This document shows positions 13,348 to 24,394 of a DNA stretch of 64,000 nt, piece after piece; within the stretch, counting starts at the first letter, position 1, and the number at the start of each line of letters is the position of its first letter. The DNA is taken from contig NC_088803.1 of NCBI RefSeq assembly GCF_011386835.1, positions 19,158,001 through 19,222,000 of the forward strand. The letters are read 5' to 3'. Under the pieces are notes generated by a model, which saw only the letters and a program-made list of their open reading frames with translations, had not been told where the DNA came from and ran no database searches. The position numbers and the translations under genes are program-made. This DNA comes from Chrysemys picta bellii. Taxonomy: Eukaryota.

Positions 13348-13845
13348 GCCCCACCGGGAATTGCTGCTTGTGTTGCAACTGGGCCTCTGGAGACGCCCTG
13401 ACATAGGACTTGCTTTGCAAAGGGCCTGCGCTCCCCACCGTCCCCGCCGCCAAGCATTGCTCTGCTCAGGGGAGCCGTCGGCAGCACTCAACCCCTGAGC
13501 ACCAAGGCAGGTGGCCTAGAGGAGTTAGGAGCCAGGTTCAAGTTCAGCTCCTGTTGGCTCCATTAGCAAGCCCAACCCAGGCTTTCAAGCTAGGGAAGCA
13601 GGTGGTTTGTCTCCGAGCCGAACTCTGGGGCCAACCCAGCGGTTTGTAGCTCACCCACATGTCGAGTGACTGTTTAGGGGAGATCCTTGTCCTCACCCTG
13701 CCAGCTGAGTCGTGTTGGAACTGCAGCCTGTCCTGTCCATGCTAGGGCTGTCCTCTGGGTTCGTTACCCTGGGCCGGCCACCTCCCGTTCCATACCCACC
13801 TGCTCCCAGTGCTGCCGAGGCCTCTGGGAGATCGTTGATCGGACA

Positions 13846-14064
13846 CAGGGCTGGCTCCAGGGTTTTTGCCGCCCCAAGCAGCCAAAGAAACAAAAAAAGC
13901 CGCAATCGCAATCTGCGGCGGCAATTCGGCGGGAGAATCTTCGCTCCGAGCCGGAGGGAGGGACCGTCCGCCAAATTGCCGCCGAATAGCTGGACTTGCT
14001 GCCCCTCTCCGGAGTGGCCGCCCCAAGCACCTGCTTGCCAAGCTGGTGCCTGGAGCCAGCCCTG
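13846..14064. mobile_element. hAT (Tip100/MER45-like termini) MITE, copy 1
   Basis: Perfect 14-bp TIR CAGGGCTGGCTCCA / TGGAGCCAGCCCTG; its own flanks (ATCGGACA vs GCAGTGAC) do not match. Confidence 0.85.
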
Positions 14065-15587
14065 GCAGTGACTCAGAAAAACACTTGGGATCACAGTGGA
14101 GAGTCAGCTGACCCTGAGCTCCCAGTGCGGTGCTGCGGCCAAAATAGCTAACATGATCCTGGGGTGCAGAAACAGGAATCTCCAATAGGAGTCGAGGGGT
14201 TATTTTCACTTGGAAGTTGGTATTGGTGCAACTGCTGCTGGAATCCTGTGCCCAGTTCTGGTGCCCACAATTCAAGAAGGATGTTGGTAAATTGGAGAGG
14301 GGTCAGAGAAAAGCCACAAGAATGATTAGATGATTAGAAAACCTGCCTTGTCATGCTAGTCTCAAGGAGCTCGATCTATTTAGCTTAACACAGTCTCTAA
14401 GTACCTACCTGGGGAACAAATGGTTAATAATGGGTAGAGAATCCAGCCGAGGAACCGTCTAGCCCGACCCAATGGCTGGAAGTTGAAGTTAAACAAATTC
14501 AGACTGGGAATAAGCTGCAAATTTTTAACCATTAGAGTAATTAACCGTTGGAACAAATTACCAAGGATCATGGTGGATTTTCCATTGCTGGCGATTTGTA
14601 AATCAAGCAGGTCTGTTTTTCTAACAGAGCTGCGCTAGCTCAGCCAGGAATTTACGAGAGCTGGTCTCTGGCCTGGTTCCTACCGGAGGCCAGACAAAAT
14701 GATCACATGGACCTTCTGGCCAGACAAGCAATGACTCTACAAATCATATCCCTCACACAATGGCGGTGGCATTTGCCTGTGTCATCTCTTTCCAGAGATA
14801 ACTTTCCAAGCCACTCCTGCTGCCCGTAACAGTGACACTGTTACCAACCCAGTGCCAGAGCCCTCTGCTCTCATTGATCAAGGTCTGGGAAATCATCTCA
14901 AAGGGTGACTCCTTATGGGCAGGGCTGGGGAAGAGCAGACCCCAAATTCACATCTTTCTGCCAGCTGTTTTCAGTCCCATGCACCCCCTCCCCATTTTAT
15001 AGCTAAGTCAGCAGAGAGGGTCTCCGAGGGCCAGAACGGAGGCAGGTCTGTGATGTGGCAACCCACCTCCATCTCTCCATCGCCGGGCAGCTGCTTTCAT
15101 CTGCTGGGGGTTGACCTGGGGACCTCCCCAGCTAAACCATCAGCTACTACAGCTTGAGCAAAAGATCTCGTGTCCCTGTGGACTGGCATAGAGGGGTACC
15201 CGTCACATACACCCAGCCGATGGTTGTGAAGACATAAGCCACCCCGTCTCCCAGAGCCCAGCCTTCTTGGCCACTCCATTGCTGCGCCGGACTAGCAAAG
15301 CACCCCGTGACCCGCTGGGACTTCACCAGCTGGTCCACCACAGGGCCAGCAGTTACTCCTCGGTCAAGCAGCAGGGGTAAAGGATGGGACTTGGCCATGC
15401 TGCATCTGGGGCCAGCGCAGGAGGAGACGACCCTGGCTGTGGCCATGGGGCTGGAGGACAGAAGCACCCCACCCAGGTCTCCTCCAGCTCCCATGCCACT
15501 CCGCTGAGGCTGGGCCAGTGCCTGAACACTCTGTTCCCTACGAGGCTGATCTGCTCCACCCCTCAACCCCGATCCCCCGGGACTCAC

Positions 15588-15651
15588 CAGCCTGAGCCCC
15601 GGGGGGCAGGTCTTGCAGGAGAAAGGCCACAGGGAGCAGGAACAGTAGCAT
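15588..15651 (-). pseudogene. Protease copy D: orphan exon 1 (signal peptide MLLFLLPVAFLLQDLPPGAQA)
   Basis: 64-bp ATG-to-GTGAGT exon paralogous to 37482-37545; its intron 1 is cut at the MITE end (14065) and no exon 2 follows. Confidence 0.8.
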
Positions 15652-16229
15652 CCTCAGTTCAAGCTCAGGGATGGTGCATCTCCCTCAGCCCTGAAAGGTT
15701 GTACAGACCTGCCGGGGGCAGAGGGGTGGGGGGAAGGAAACCTCAGGGTGTGGTTTGCACCGGCCTGGCGGGAGCTCAGCTGTCTCAGTTCCTTGGTCCT
15801 TCTCAGCTATCCCCTGCCCTGTGGGGTGAGTGTGAGCTGGGGGAGCAATGTGGGTCAGAGAGACCGGATCCCCCCATCTGTGACAGCCCCACTGCCCACA
15901 GACACACCCCCCCCATGGGGGGAAAGAGTGTCTCTAATTATCAGCTCTGCCAAGCCAGCCAGTCCCTGCCCTGTGGGCAGAATGGGGCTGGTGCCCCTAT
16001 AGGGAAAAAGCCCCGTGTTCCATTCCCCGCTCCCTTGAGCCAGCCAGCCCCCCTACCCCCCAACCCCACTGGGGCCAGATGGGAGCTGGCACCCCCTAGA
16101 GATAACATAACACAGGGAGAGGGGAACAACAGAGATATCATTGGATAGAGGTGTGTATGGGGCTAGAGAGAGAGCTAGATAGATGGGGATGAGGATGGAT
16201 AGACAGATGTGGATGGGGATAGATGGATG

Positions 16230-17464
16230 CAGGGGCAGCAGGTTTGTAGAAATTTTGGTGGTGCCCAGAATGCCCCCCCAACTCCAACCCCCCCCCCCAC
16301 CTGCCTAAGGCTCTGGGAGGGAGTTTGGGTGGGGGGAGGAGGTCTAGGGTGCAGGCCCTGGGCTGGTGCAGGGGATTGCGGTGTAGGAGAGGTACAGGGT
16401 GCAGGCTCTGGGAAGGAATTTGAGTGCAGAAGGGTGAGAGGTTGGGCTCTGGGAGGGAGGTTAGGTGCGGGGAGGAGGTCTAGGGTATAGGCTCTGGGCT
16501 GGGGTGCAGGAGAGGGTGAGGGGTGCAGGCTCTGGGATGGAGCTTGGGTGCAGGCTCTGGGCTGGGGGTGCTGGTGCAGGCTCTGGGAGGGGGTTCGGGA
16601 GTGGGAGAGAGTCTGTGGGAAAGGGGTGGGGGTGCAGGCTCTGGGAGGGAGTGGGACGGTGCAGCACTTACCTGGGGCTCCTAGGCAGGGTGGGCTGGGG
16701 GGCCTCTGTGTGCTGCTACCCCCAGGCATAGGCGCTGACTTCATGAGTGCTCCGGGGCTGGAGCATCTGATGAAAAAAAAATTGGTGGGTGCTCAGCACG
16801 CACCAGCAGCTCCCCGTGGCCCCGCCCCGCCCCCTGCTCCAGCTCACCTCCGCCTCCTCCGTGAGCGTGATGCCGTGTCCTGCTTCTACCCTTCCCTCCC
16901 AGCGCAGGGAGGGAGGGGGGAGGAGGGGTAACGTGGCGCACTGGGGGAAGAGGCAGGGCCGGGGCAGGGATTTGGGGAAGGGATCCAATAGGGGCAGGGA
17001 GGGGGTGGAGTTAGGGCGGTGACTTTGGGGATGGGGTTGGAATGGGGGCGGGGCCAGGGGCGGGATGAGGTGGAGTTGGGGCGGGACCAGGGGCCGGAAA
17101 AGGGGCAGGGGGCACGGGCACCCACCGGCGCTGGAGAAGGTTGGTGCCTATGCCCCGAGGCACTGCCCTCGCAGCTTCCTACTGGCCGCAGGGCGTTTGG
17201 GGTGGGAGCAGCGCGCGTGGACACAGACCCACCCTGCCCAGGGGCCGCAGGGAGGGGCCAGCAGCCACATGGAACAAGCAGGCAGGAAGCTGCTCAGCTC
17301 CACTGCGCTGCCGGTGGTGGGTGGGGGACATGCGGAGGGGAGCGCCCGGGGCGGAAGGCGGGGCTGAGGGAGAGACCAGCCTCAAACATTGCTGGAGCCA
17401 GGCCCCGGGCCAGGAATGTTCCTGATGCCCAGGCACCACGGACCCATATAACTCGCCACCTATA
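16230..17464. mobile_element. Composite of non-autonomous hAT-type elements inserted into a (GATG)n-like microsatellite
   Basis: Absent from the paralogous region near 35870-35930; starts CAGGGGCAGCAGGTTT; flanked by GATGGATG on both sides; internal AGGCTCTGGG repeats. Confidence 0.5.
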
Positions 17465-19159
17465 GATGGATGAGGCTAGGATAGGGGATGGATAGACAGA
17501 TGAGGATGAAGATGGGAATAGCTGGATAGATGGAGATGCGGTAGATGGATGGAGATGGATAGATAGATGAGGATGGGGATAGCTGGATGGGGTAGGTACA
17601 TAGATAGATGAGGATGAAGATGGGGATTGATGGATGGAGATGGGGATAGATGGGTTTTTTGTGGCTAGAAGAGACTCTGTCAATCCTGTCCCATGTTTGT
17701 CCCAGAAGCCAACCCCCCCAGTGAGATGTGGTGATCCCAGCCCGGCCCCCCAAGGAGGTTGCAGCATCCTGGGGAATGCCCTACAACACGCCCCTCCCAC
17801 CAGGACCCCCTGTGGGGCTGTGAAGCACAATCAGCTGGGGCGCAGGTGCAGTCTGGACATAGCCTCTTCTTCCCGACCGCCCCGCATGCCCCCGTGCCCA
17901 GGGCAGCACTGAGCAGGCCATGCCAGTCCATGGCGTGGGGATCCCAGCCCCAGGTCCGGCGCAGGTAATTCCCTTTGCATCTCGGTCCCAGCCAGCGAGG
18001 CTCCTCCTGCCCTGAGGGGAGGCGTTTCCCCCTTGCACCCACCAGCTCCCTGTTGCACTGCAAGCACTGAACCCAGGTGTCCTGGGTCCCAGCCTTCCCC
18101 TGTCAGGGCGAACTCCCTCCCGGGCCCGGGCCAACCCAGTGTCGGCTCTGGAGGTTGAGGCTCAGGTTGAATTTTCAGTCCCAGGGCCAGCATTTTTTTT
18201 GTAAATTTATGTTTATTCACGACAGGGCGACGAAGCCTTGAGTGCAATGAATGCGGATGTGCAGGGGGGTGGGGATGCTGGAAACAGGCTATAGGTGCTG
18301 GCGCTGAGTTCCCGTCCCATTGATGATCTCCCAGGGGCCTTGACGGCACTGGGAGCAGGTGGGTTTGGAACGGGAGGCGGCCAGCCCGGGGTAACGAACA
18401 CAGGACAGCGCTAGCACGGACAGGACAGGTTGCAGTTCCAACAAGACTCAGCTGGCAGGGTGAGGATGAGGATATCCCCCGAACAGTCACTCGACCGGCC
18501 GACATGGGGGTGAGCTACAAACCGCCAGGTCAGCCCCAGGGTTCAGCTCAGAGACAAACCACCTGCTTCCCTAGCCTGAGTTTGGTTGGGCGTGCCAAGG
18601 GAGCCGACGGGATCTGGATTTGAACCTGGTCCTAACTCCTGTAGGCCCCCTGCCTTGTTGCTCATGATGGTTGGGTGCTGCCCACGGCTCCCCTGAGCGG
18701 AGCAATAGCTGGTGGCAGGGAGATGGGGGGGAGGGGGAAGCACAGCCCCTTTGCAAAGCAGGCCCTATGTCAGGGCATTACCTTAAAGGAACTTTTGCCC
18801 TGTTTCGGATCCCCTGCACAAAGCATAGTGGAGGCGTTATAGTAACGATAGATCTGGTCAGGATTCCTCAGACACACATAATCCTCCAGCACCTCCACGT
18901 CCACCTCCTGGAGCACATCTGAGCCCTTTGCACTGCGGGCGCTCATCCGGTCCCAGCCGGCGACACTGCACATGGCCCCGGGGTGCACGCCCTGCCAGGC
19001 GCTGGGCAAGGGGATGAGCCCCACCCATTCATTGAGCCTGGCTCGGTGCGCCAGCTACAAAGACAGGACACGAGGCTCGCGGTCAGCGAGAAAGTCAGTC
19101 ATGGATGGGCCAATCCAAGAAGAAAGCAAAGCAGGAGGTGACCACTGGGAGTGGGGTCA

Positions 19160-19365
19160 TGGGATAGGGGCGGTACCTGCAGCAGGGTGAGGTCCCTGGG
19201 GGCGGGGTGATGGGATAGGGGCGGTACCTGCAGCAGGGTGAGGTCCCTGGGGGCGGGGTGAGGGGATGGGGGCAGTACCTGCAGCAGTGTGGGGTCACTG
19301 GGGGTGAGATGATGGGATGGGGGTGATACCTGCAGCAGTGTATGGTCACAGGGGGCTGAGTGATG
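19160..19365 (-). repeat. 51-bp minisatellite in protease intron 3; each unit copies the exon-3 end and donor (CTGCTGCAG|GTA)
   Basis: About four units here; homologous arrays at 40383-40560 and ~12320-12480. Confidence 0.85.
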
Positions 19366-19379
19366 GGGGGGCTGGTACC

Positions 19380-19555
19380 CAGGGCCGGCGCAACCCATTA
19401 GGCGACCTAGGCGGTCGCCTAGGGCACTACAATTTTGGGGGCGGCGACAGCAGCGGTATTTCGGCGGCGGGACCTTCCGCCGCTTCTGTGGGGGCGGCAT
19501 TTCGGGGCGGGACCTTCCGCCGCCTAGGGCAGCAGAAAAGCTGGCGGCGCTCCTG
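19380..19555. mobile_element. hAT (Tip100-like) MITE inserted 7 bp into intron 3 of copy B
   Basis: 8-bp TSD CTGGTACC (19372-19379, 19556-19563); CAGG...CCTG termini with an imperfect TIR. Confidence 0.75.
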
Positions 19556-19829
19556 CTGGTACCTGCAGCAGCATGACATCATTGTTAAAGGAGTACATGT
19601 CATATTGCGGGTGGGGGATCCGGCGATGCACAGGAATTTCTTGTTGGCTCCATTCCCACAGTCTAAGGTTATGGACTCCCAGCTTGACAGTGATGTAGCT
19701 AGAAAAGTTAAGGGGAAAGCAGGAGTCCTTAGGGGCGGCGGCGTATGCACAGTGATAGACGGGCCCAGGTGGGTCTCACTCAGGAATACTGCTCTTGGGG
19801 GCTGCGACATTTTAAGAGCATAAGTGCAG

Positions 19830-20540
19830 ACATACTGGGTCAGACCAAAGGTCCATCTAGCCCAGTATCCTGTCTTCTGACAGTGGTCAACGCCAGAGGG
19901 AATGAACAGAACAGGTAATCATTAAGTGATCCATTCCCTGTCGCCCATTCACAGCTTCTGGCAAAGAGAAGCTAGGGACACCATCCCTGCCCATCCTGGC
20001 TAATAGCCATTGATGGACCTATCTTCCATATAGTGCCTTAGTTGTCTCTTTTCCAAGCTGAAAAGTCCCAGTCTTTTTAATCTCTCCTCATACAGAAGCC
20101 GTTCCATACCCCCTAATCATTTTTGTTGCCCTTTTCTGACCCTTTTCCAATTCCAATATATCTTTTTTGAGATGGGGCAACCACATCTGCACGCAGTATT
20201 CAAGATGTGGACGTACCATGGATTTATATAGAGGGAATATGATATTTTCTTTCTTGTTATCTATTGCTTTCTTAATGATTCCCTGTTCACGTTTTTGACT
20301 GCTGCTGCACATTGAGTGGATGTTTTCAGAGAACAATCCACAATGACTCCAAGATCTCTTTCTTGAGTGGTAACAGCTAATTTTATATGTCTAATTGGGA
20401 TTATGATTTCCAATGTGCATTACTTTGTATTTGTGAGGTCCCTTTGAAGCGCTTCGCAGTCTGCCTGGGATTTAACTATCTTGAGTAGTTTTGTATCATC
20501 TGCAAATTTTACCACCTCACTGTTTACCCCTTTTTCTAGA
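19830..20540 (-). mobile_element. CR1 fragments in intron 2 of copy B
   Basis: Minus-strand translation [40 protein letters not shown] matches the CR1 ORF2 C-terminus. Confidence 0.75.
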
Positions 20541-21307
20541 TCTAGGCCCCCGGTCCCACCTAGCTGAGTCAGAGCCCACCCAATAAAGATTCATTCCTCC
20601 CTTGGGTCTTTGGGCATCTTGCGCATTGCCGGCTCCAATCCAGCCCAAGGGCCAAGGGTGGGGTTTGGGGGACTCGGGATGGGTGGGTTTCTTACCCCTG
20701 CTTGTCGTTGCAATGAGCTGCTGTCAGCACCACATCGTCCCGAATCAGGACCCCCCCACATGTTTTCACCCCTCTCCACATTGCTATCTGCACATAGGCC
20801 ATGTAGGGTCTGGAGTGGGGCCGGGCTTCCCATCCCCCGATGATCTCCCCTGGCAGGGAGATGGGGAGGGGTGAAAATCATCTGCTTTGAGACAATGTGA
20901 GGTCGGAGAGTGTAACCAAGGACCCCAGCCCTAACCCTACACCTAATCAGGAGCCCTGATCGGCCTGTGGACCCAGACAACCCGGCCTCCCTCTCCGTTC
21001 TCTCCAGATCAGCCCTCAGCACCCCAGCTCTCCCCTCCCCCTGGATCGGCCCCTCACTCTATCCCCATCCCACTATATATCTATGGATTCCCACCTGGAC
21101 CTGTGCACTCATCCATCCCTGATCTCTGTGGGCTCCCCCTCCCTGGGGCTCCTCCACCCCACCCCCCCCGAGCCCACTTCGGACCAACTCACCACGCTGA
21201 GCCCCGGGGAGCAGGAGAAAGGCCACAGGGAGCAGGACCAGGATCAAGAGCTGCATCCTCAGAGCCATCTAGGGACAGACACAGAGCTTCTGCCTCAGCC
21301 CTGGAGG

Positions 21308-21349
21308 TTATATGGACCTGGGAGGGGAGGGCAGGGTCTGGCAACCACA
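21308..21349 (-). promoter_or_regulatory. Candidate promoter of protease copy B: TATA-like box and RUNX site
   Basis: Minus strand CATATAAC (~21307-21314), about 40 bp before the first ATG, and TGTGGTT (21343-21349). RUNX control of granule protease promoters is established in mammals; function here is inferred. Confidence 0.4.
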
Positions 21350-23169
21350 AAGGCAGTACCCGGTTTCTTGGAAACCCCCACCTGGATGGACCAGGGGTGG
21401 AAATGCCCCTGGGAGAAGTCACAGCCATGCCCACATGCCCTCTGGTGCCCAGTCAGCCTGGCTGCGGATGTGGCTAACTCTGCTCCCCACCCTTCCTATA
21501 AGTGTGAGAAACGCCCTTGGGCTTTTCTGCACCTAGATTCACAGGCCACTCAATTTGATTTGATTTGCACCTTAGCTCCAACTGGATTGTTGCTGATTCA
21601 AGCTCCCGGCCACCTGGTCTCGTCTTGCTTTAGCCAGCGAGGTCGAAGAGCCCCCTGAACTCAGAAACCCCCTCCCCACTGAGGTTCCTACAGATGGGGG
21701 CTGAGTCCCCTCTTTGCCTCCGATCACCTCAGGAGATCGATCCCCTTGGAGCTCTTCCCGCCAGGCTGGGGCTCCAGACCTTGACTTCCTCTGGTTGCTC
21801 CTTCCAACTTGCCAACTTCCTGAGTGAGGGGTGGACACGAGAGCTGGATACAGTCTCCCGGTACAATCTCACCAAGGCCATGTCCAGAGGTGACATCCCC
21901 TCCCGCCCCCCCACTCCTACTCGATATCCCCTGGTGTATACTCCCACAGACGGCGTCTGCCCGCTTAGCTCCTGCATCGCACTGGGAGCACATGCTGGGT
22001 CAGTTTCCACCATGACCCTAAGTCCCTTTCAGAGTCCTTGCTCTTCAGGATACAGCCCCCGTCCAGTTGGCATGAGCGACATCCCTTGATATCTGACCTT
22101 GCATTTGATTGGTTTCAGATGTCTGTTTGATTGAGCCCAGCTCACCAGGCCACCCAGATCAGTCCATAGCCGTGAGACATCCTCCCTGTTCTTTATCACC
22201 AATCTCTCGGTCCGCCGCAGACTTTACCAGACTCTTACCGGCCCCCAAGGATGACAGCAGGGTCACTGAACACGGCCTGTTCTCCACGAACCCGTGTCAT
22301 TAAGAATATTCCCCTCTTTTATCAAACACTTATTGATAAAGTCCAACCTCACCCATTGCACTGTTTCACTTTGGATCCCTGTCGTGCAGCTGGGATATCT
22401 AATGGATGAGGGGGTGGGATGAGTCCACCAGATACATGTAGACCTGCGCGTCACCACATGCACGCATTGCAGAGCCATTCTAGATGCATGAACGTCCAAC
22501 TAAATACATGTAAATTCAGGTTAGATTCATTTTGATTGAGGCAGTTCCATTCTAGATCTATCCATATTCACACGAAGAGTCATTCTAGATCAATGCACAG
22601 CCACTCTAAAGCCAAGTAGATCCTTGTATGTCCATTCTAGACCCGTCTCCCCAGCCCACCCACTGGCTGAACCCTGCTGGTAGTTACAGCAGGTGTTGCT
22701 GATCTGAGTGTCCAATTTTATAGACTTCTATAATATCTCCATCCCTAGTCATCCTAAACTGAACTATTGCAGTCTTTTAAAATCTCTCCTCATGAAAGCT
22801 GTTCCATACCCCAATCATTTTTGTTGCCCTTCTCTGCACATTTTTCATTTCCAATCCATTTTTTGAGATGGGGTGACTAAAACTGCATGCAGTATTCAAG
22901 GTGTGGACAGATCAAGGATTTATACAGTGGGATTATATTTACTACTTAGTTCTGCCTTGAGTGCAGGGACTGGACTAAAAGACCTCACAAGGTCCCTTCC
23001 AGTCCTATATTTCTATGATTATGATACTTTCTGTCTTATCTATCCCTTTCTTAATGATCCCCAACATTCTGTTCGCTTTCTTAAATCCCTCTGCACATTG
23101 AGTGGATGTTTTCTGAGAACTATCCACAATGACTCCAAGATCTCTTTCTTGAGGGGTAACACCTAATTT

Positions 23170-23930
23170 AGAAAGAACAGGAGTACTTGATGCATCCGAA
23201 GAAGTGGGTTGTAGCCCACGAAAGCTTATGCTCTAATAAATTTGTTAGTCTCTAAGGTGCCACAAGTACTCCTGTTCTTTTTGAGGATACAGACTAACAC
23301 GGCTGCTACCCTGAAACCTAATTTAGACCCCATCATTTTATATGTATAATTGGGATGTTTTCCAATGTGCATTACTTTGCATTTATCAACAATAAAGAAC
23401 AGGAGTACTTGTGGCACCTTAGAGAATAACAAATTTATTAGAGCATAAGCATTCTATGACAGACCTGCGGGTGGCTATATTACAACAGAAAAACTTCAAA
23501 AACAGACTCCAACGAGAGACTGCTGAGCTGGAATTGATATGCAAACTAGACACAATCAACTCAGGATTAAATAAGGACTGGGAATGGCTGAGCCATTACA
23601 AACATTGAATCTATCTCCCCTTGTAAGTATTCTCACACTTGCTTCTTATCAAACTGTCTGTACTGAGTTACCTTGATTATCACTTCAAAAGTTTTTTTTC
23701 TCTTACTTAATTGGCCTCTCAGAGTTGGTAAGACAACTCCCACCTGTTCATGCTCTCTGTATGTGTATATATATATATCTCCTCAATATATGTTTCACTC
23801 TATATGCATCTGATGAAGTGGGTTGTAGCCCACGAAAGCTTATGCTCTAATAAATTTGTTAGTCTCTAAGGTGCCACAAGTACTCCTGTTCTTTTTGAGG
23901 ATACAGACTAACACGGCTGCTACCCTGAAA
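23170..23930 (+). mobile_element. Penelope-like element 3' end: GIY-YIG C-terminus plus terminal repeats, one partial copy inverted
   Basis: ~23452-23608 translates HSMTDLRVAILQQKNFKNRLQRETAELELICKLDTINSGLNKDWEWLSHYKH*; repeated terminal unit at 23192-23314 and 23806-23930; inverted piece at ~23393-23450. Confidence 0.75.
23806..23845 (+). ncRNA. Minimal type I hammerhead ribozyme motif in the Penelope terminal repeat
   Basis: GCAU-CUGAUGA-A-GUGGG(UUGUAG)CCCAC-GAA-AGCU-U-AUGC: conserved core, 5-bp helix II, palindromic AGCU helix III, 4-bp helix I. Confidence 0.65.
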
Positions 23931-24394
23931 TTTATCAACAATGAATTTCATCTGCCATTTTCCTGCCCTGTCACCCAATTTTGTGAGATCCCTTTGTAAT
24001 TCTTCGCAGTCTGCTTTGGACTCAACTACCTTATAAGTTTGTATCATCTTAACACTTTGCCACCTCACTGTTTATCCTTTCCCAGATCATTTAGGAATGT
24101 AGACTAGGATTAGTCCCGATACAGACCCCTGGGGGACACCACTATTTAACACTCTCCATTCTGAGAACTGACCATTTAGTCCTACCCTTTGTTTCCTATC
24201 TTTTAACCAGTTACTGATCCCTGAGAGGATCTTCCCTCTTATCCCATGACTACTTACTTTGCGGCGAACAGCAGAGGCTAACAGCAGGAGTTTGCCTGGG
24301 AGTTCGCGTGGGGAGAGCGCACTGAGGCTTTCATCTGCAGGTTTCTCCGAGTAGTTCCTGCAACAGTTGAGGAAGCTCCTAAGAGGACGGTGAT

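Larger units (their letters stand above)
14065..18330 (-). repeat. Inverted segmental duplicate of ~35084-38940 (intergenic region, promoter, exon 1 and part of intron 1 of the intact protease)
   Basis: Colinear reverse-complement matches, e.g. 15300-15510 with 37640-37850, 14340-14720 with 38300-38640, and 17660-18320 with 35090-35820. Confidence 0.85.
18782..21268 (-). pseudogene. Protease copy B: granzyme/chymase-family gene with exons 1-4 (21193-21268, 20696-20849, 19563-19698, 18782-19054); intron 4 and exon 5 (Ser195) deleted
   Basis: Exons splice in frame: [44 protein letters not shown]...TAAHC...NNDVMLLQ-LAHRARLNEW...GKSSFK. After the exon-4 donor (GTAAT) the sequence jumps to GCCCTGACATAGG, which in copy A lies 3' of the stop codon (~13396). 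Confidence 0.85.
21700..24262 (-). mobile_element. Old CR1 LINE pieces on the minus strand, continuing at 28391-29010, interrupted by Penelope fragments and a full-length CR1
   Basis: Minus-strand RT motifs KVSSHGIRGKIL...WLKDRKQRVGLNG...GVPQGSV; joining 28391+ to 24262 restores PHQRLLSKVSSHG. Confidence 0.75.

Noticed and set aside
21694-22089. ORFs upstream of protease copy B
   Set aside because: Degraded CR1 ORF2 sequence on the minus strand.
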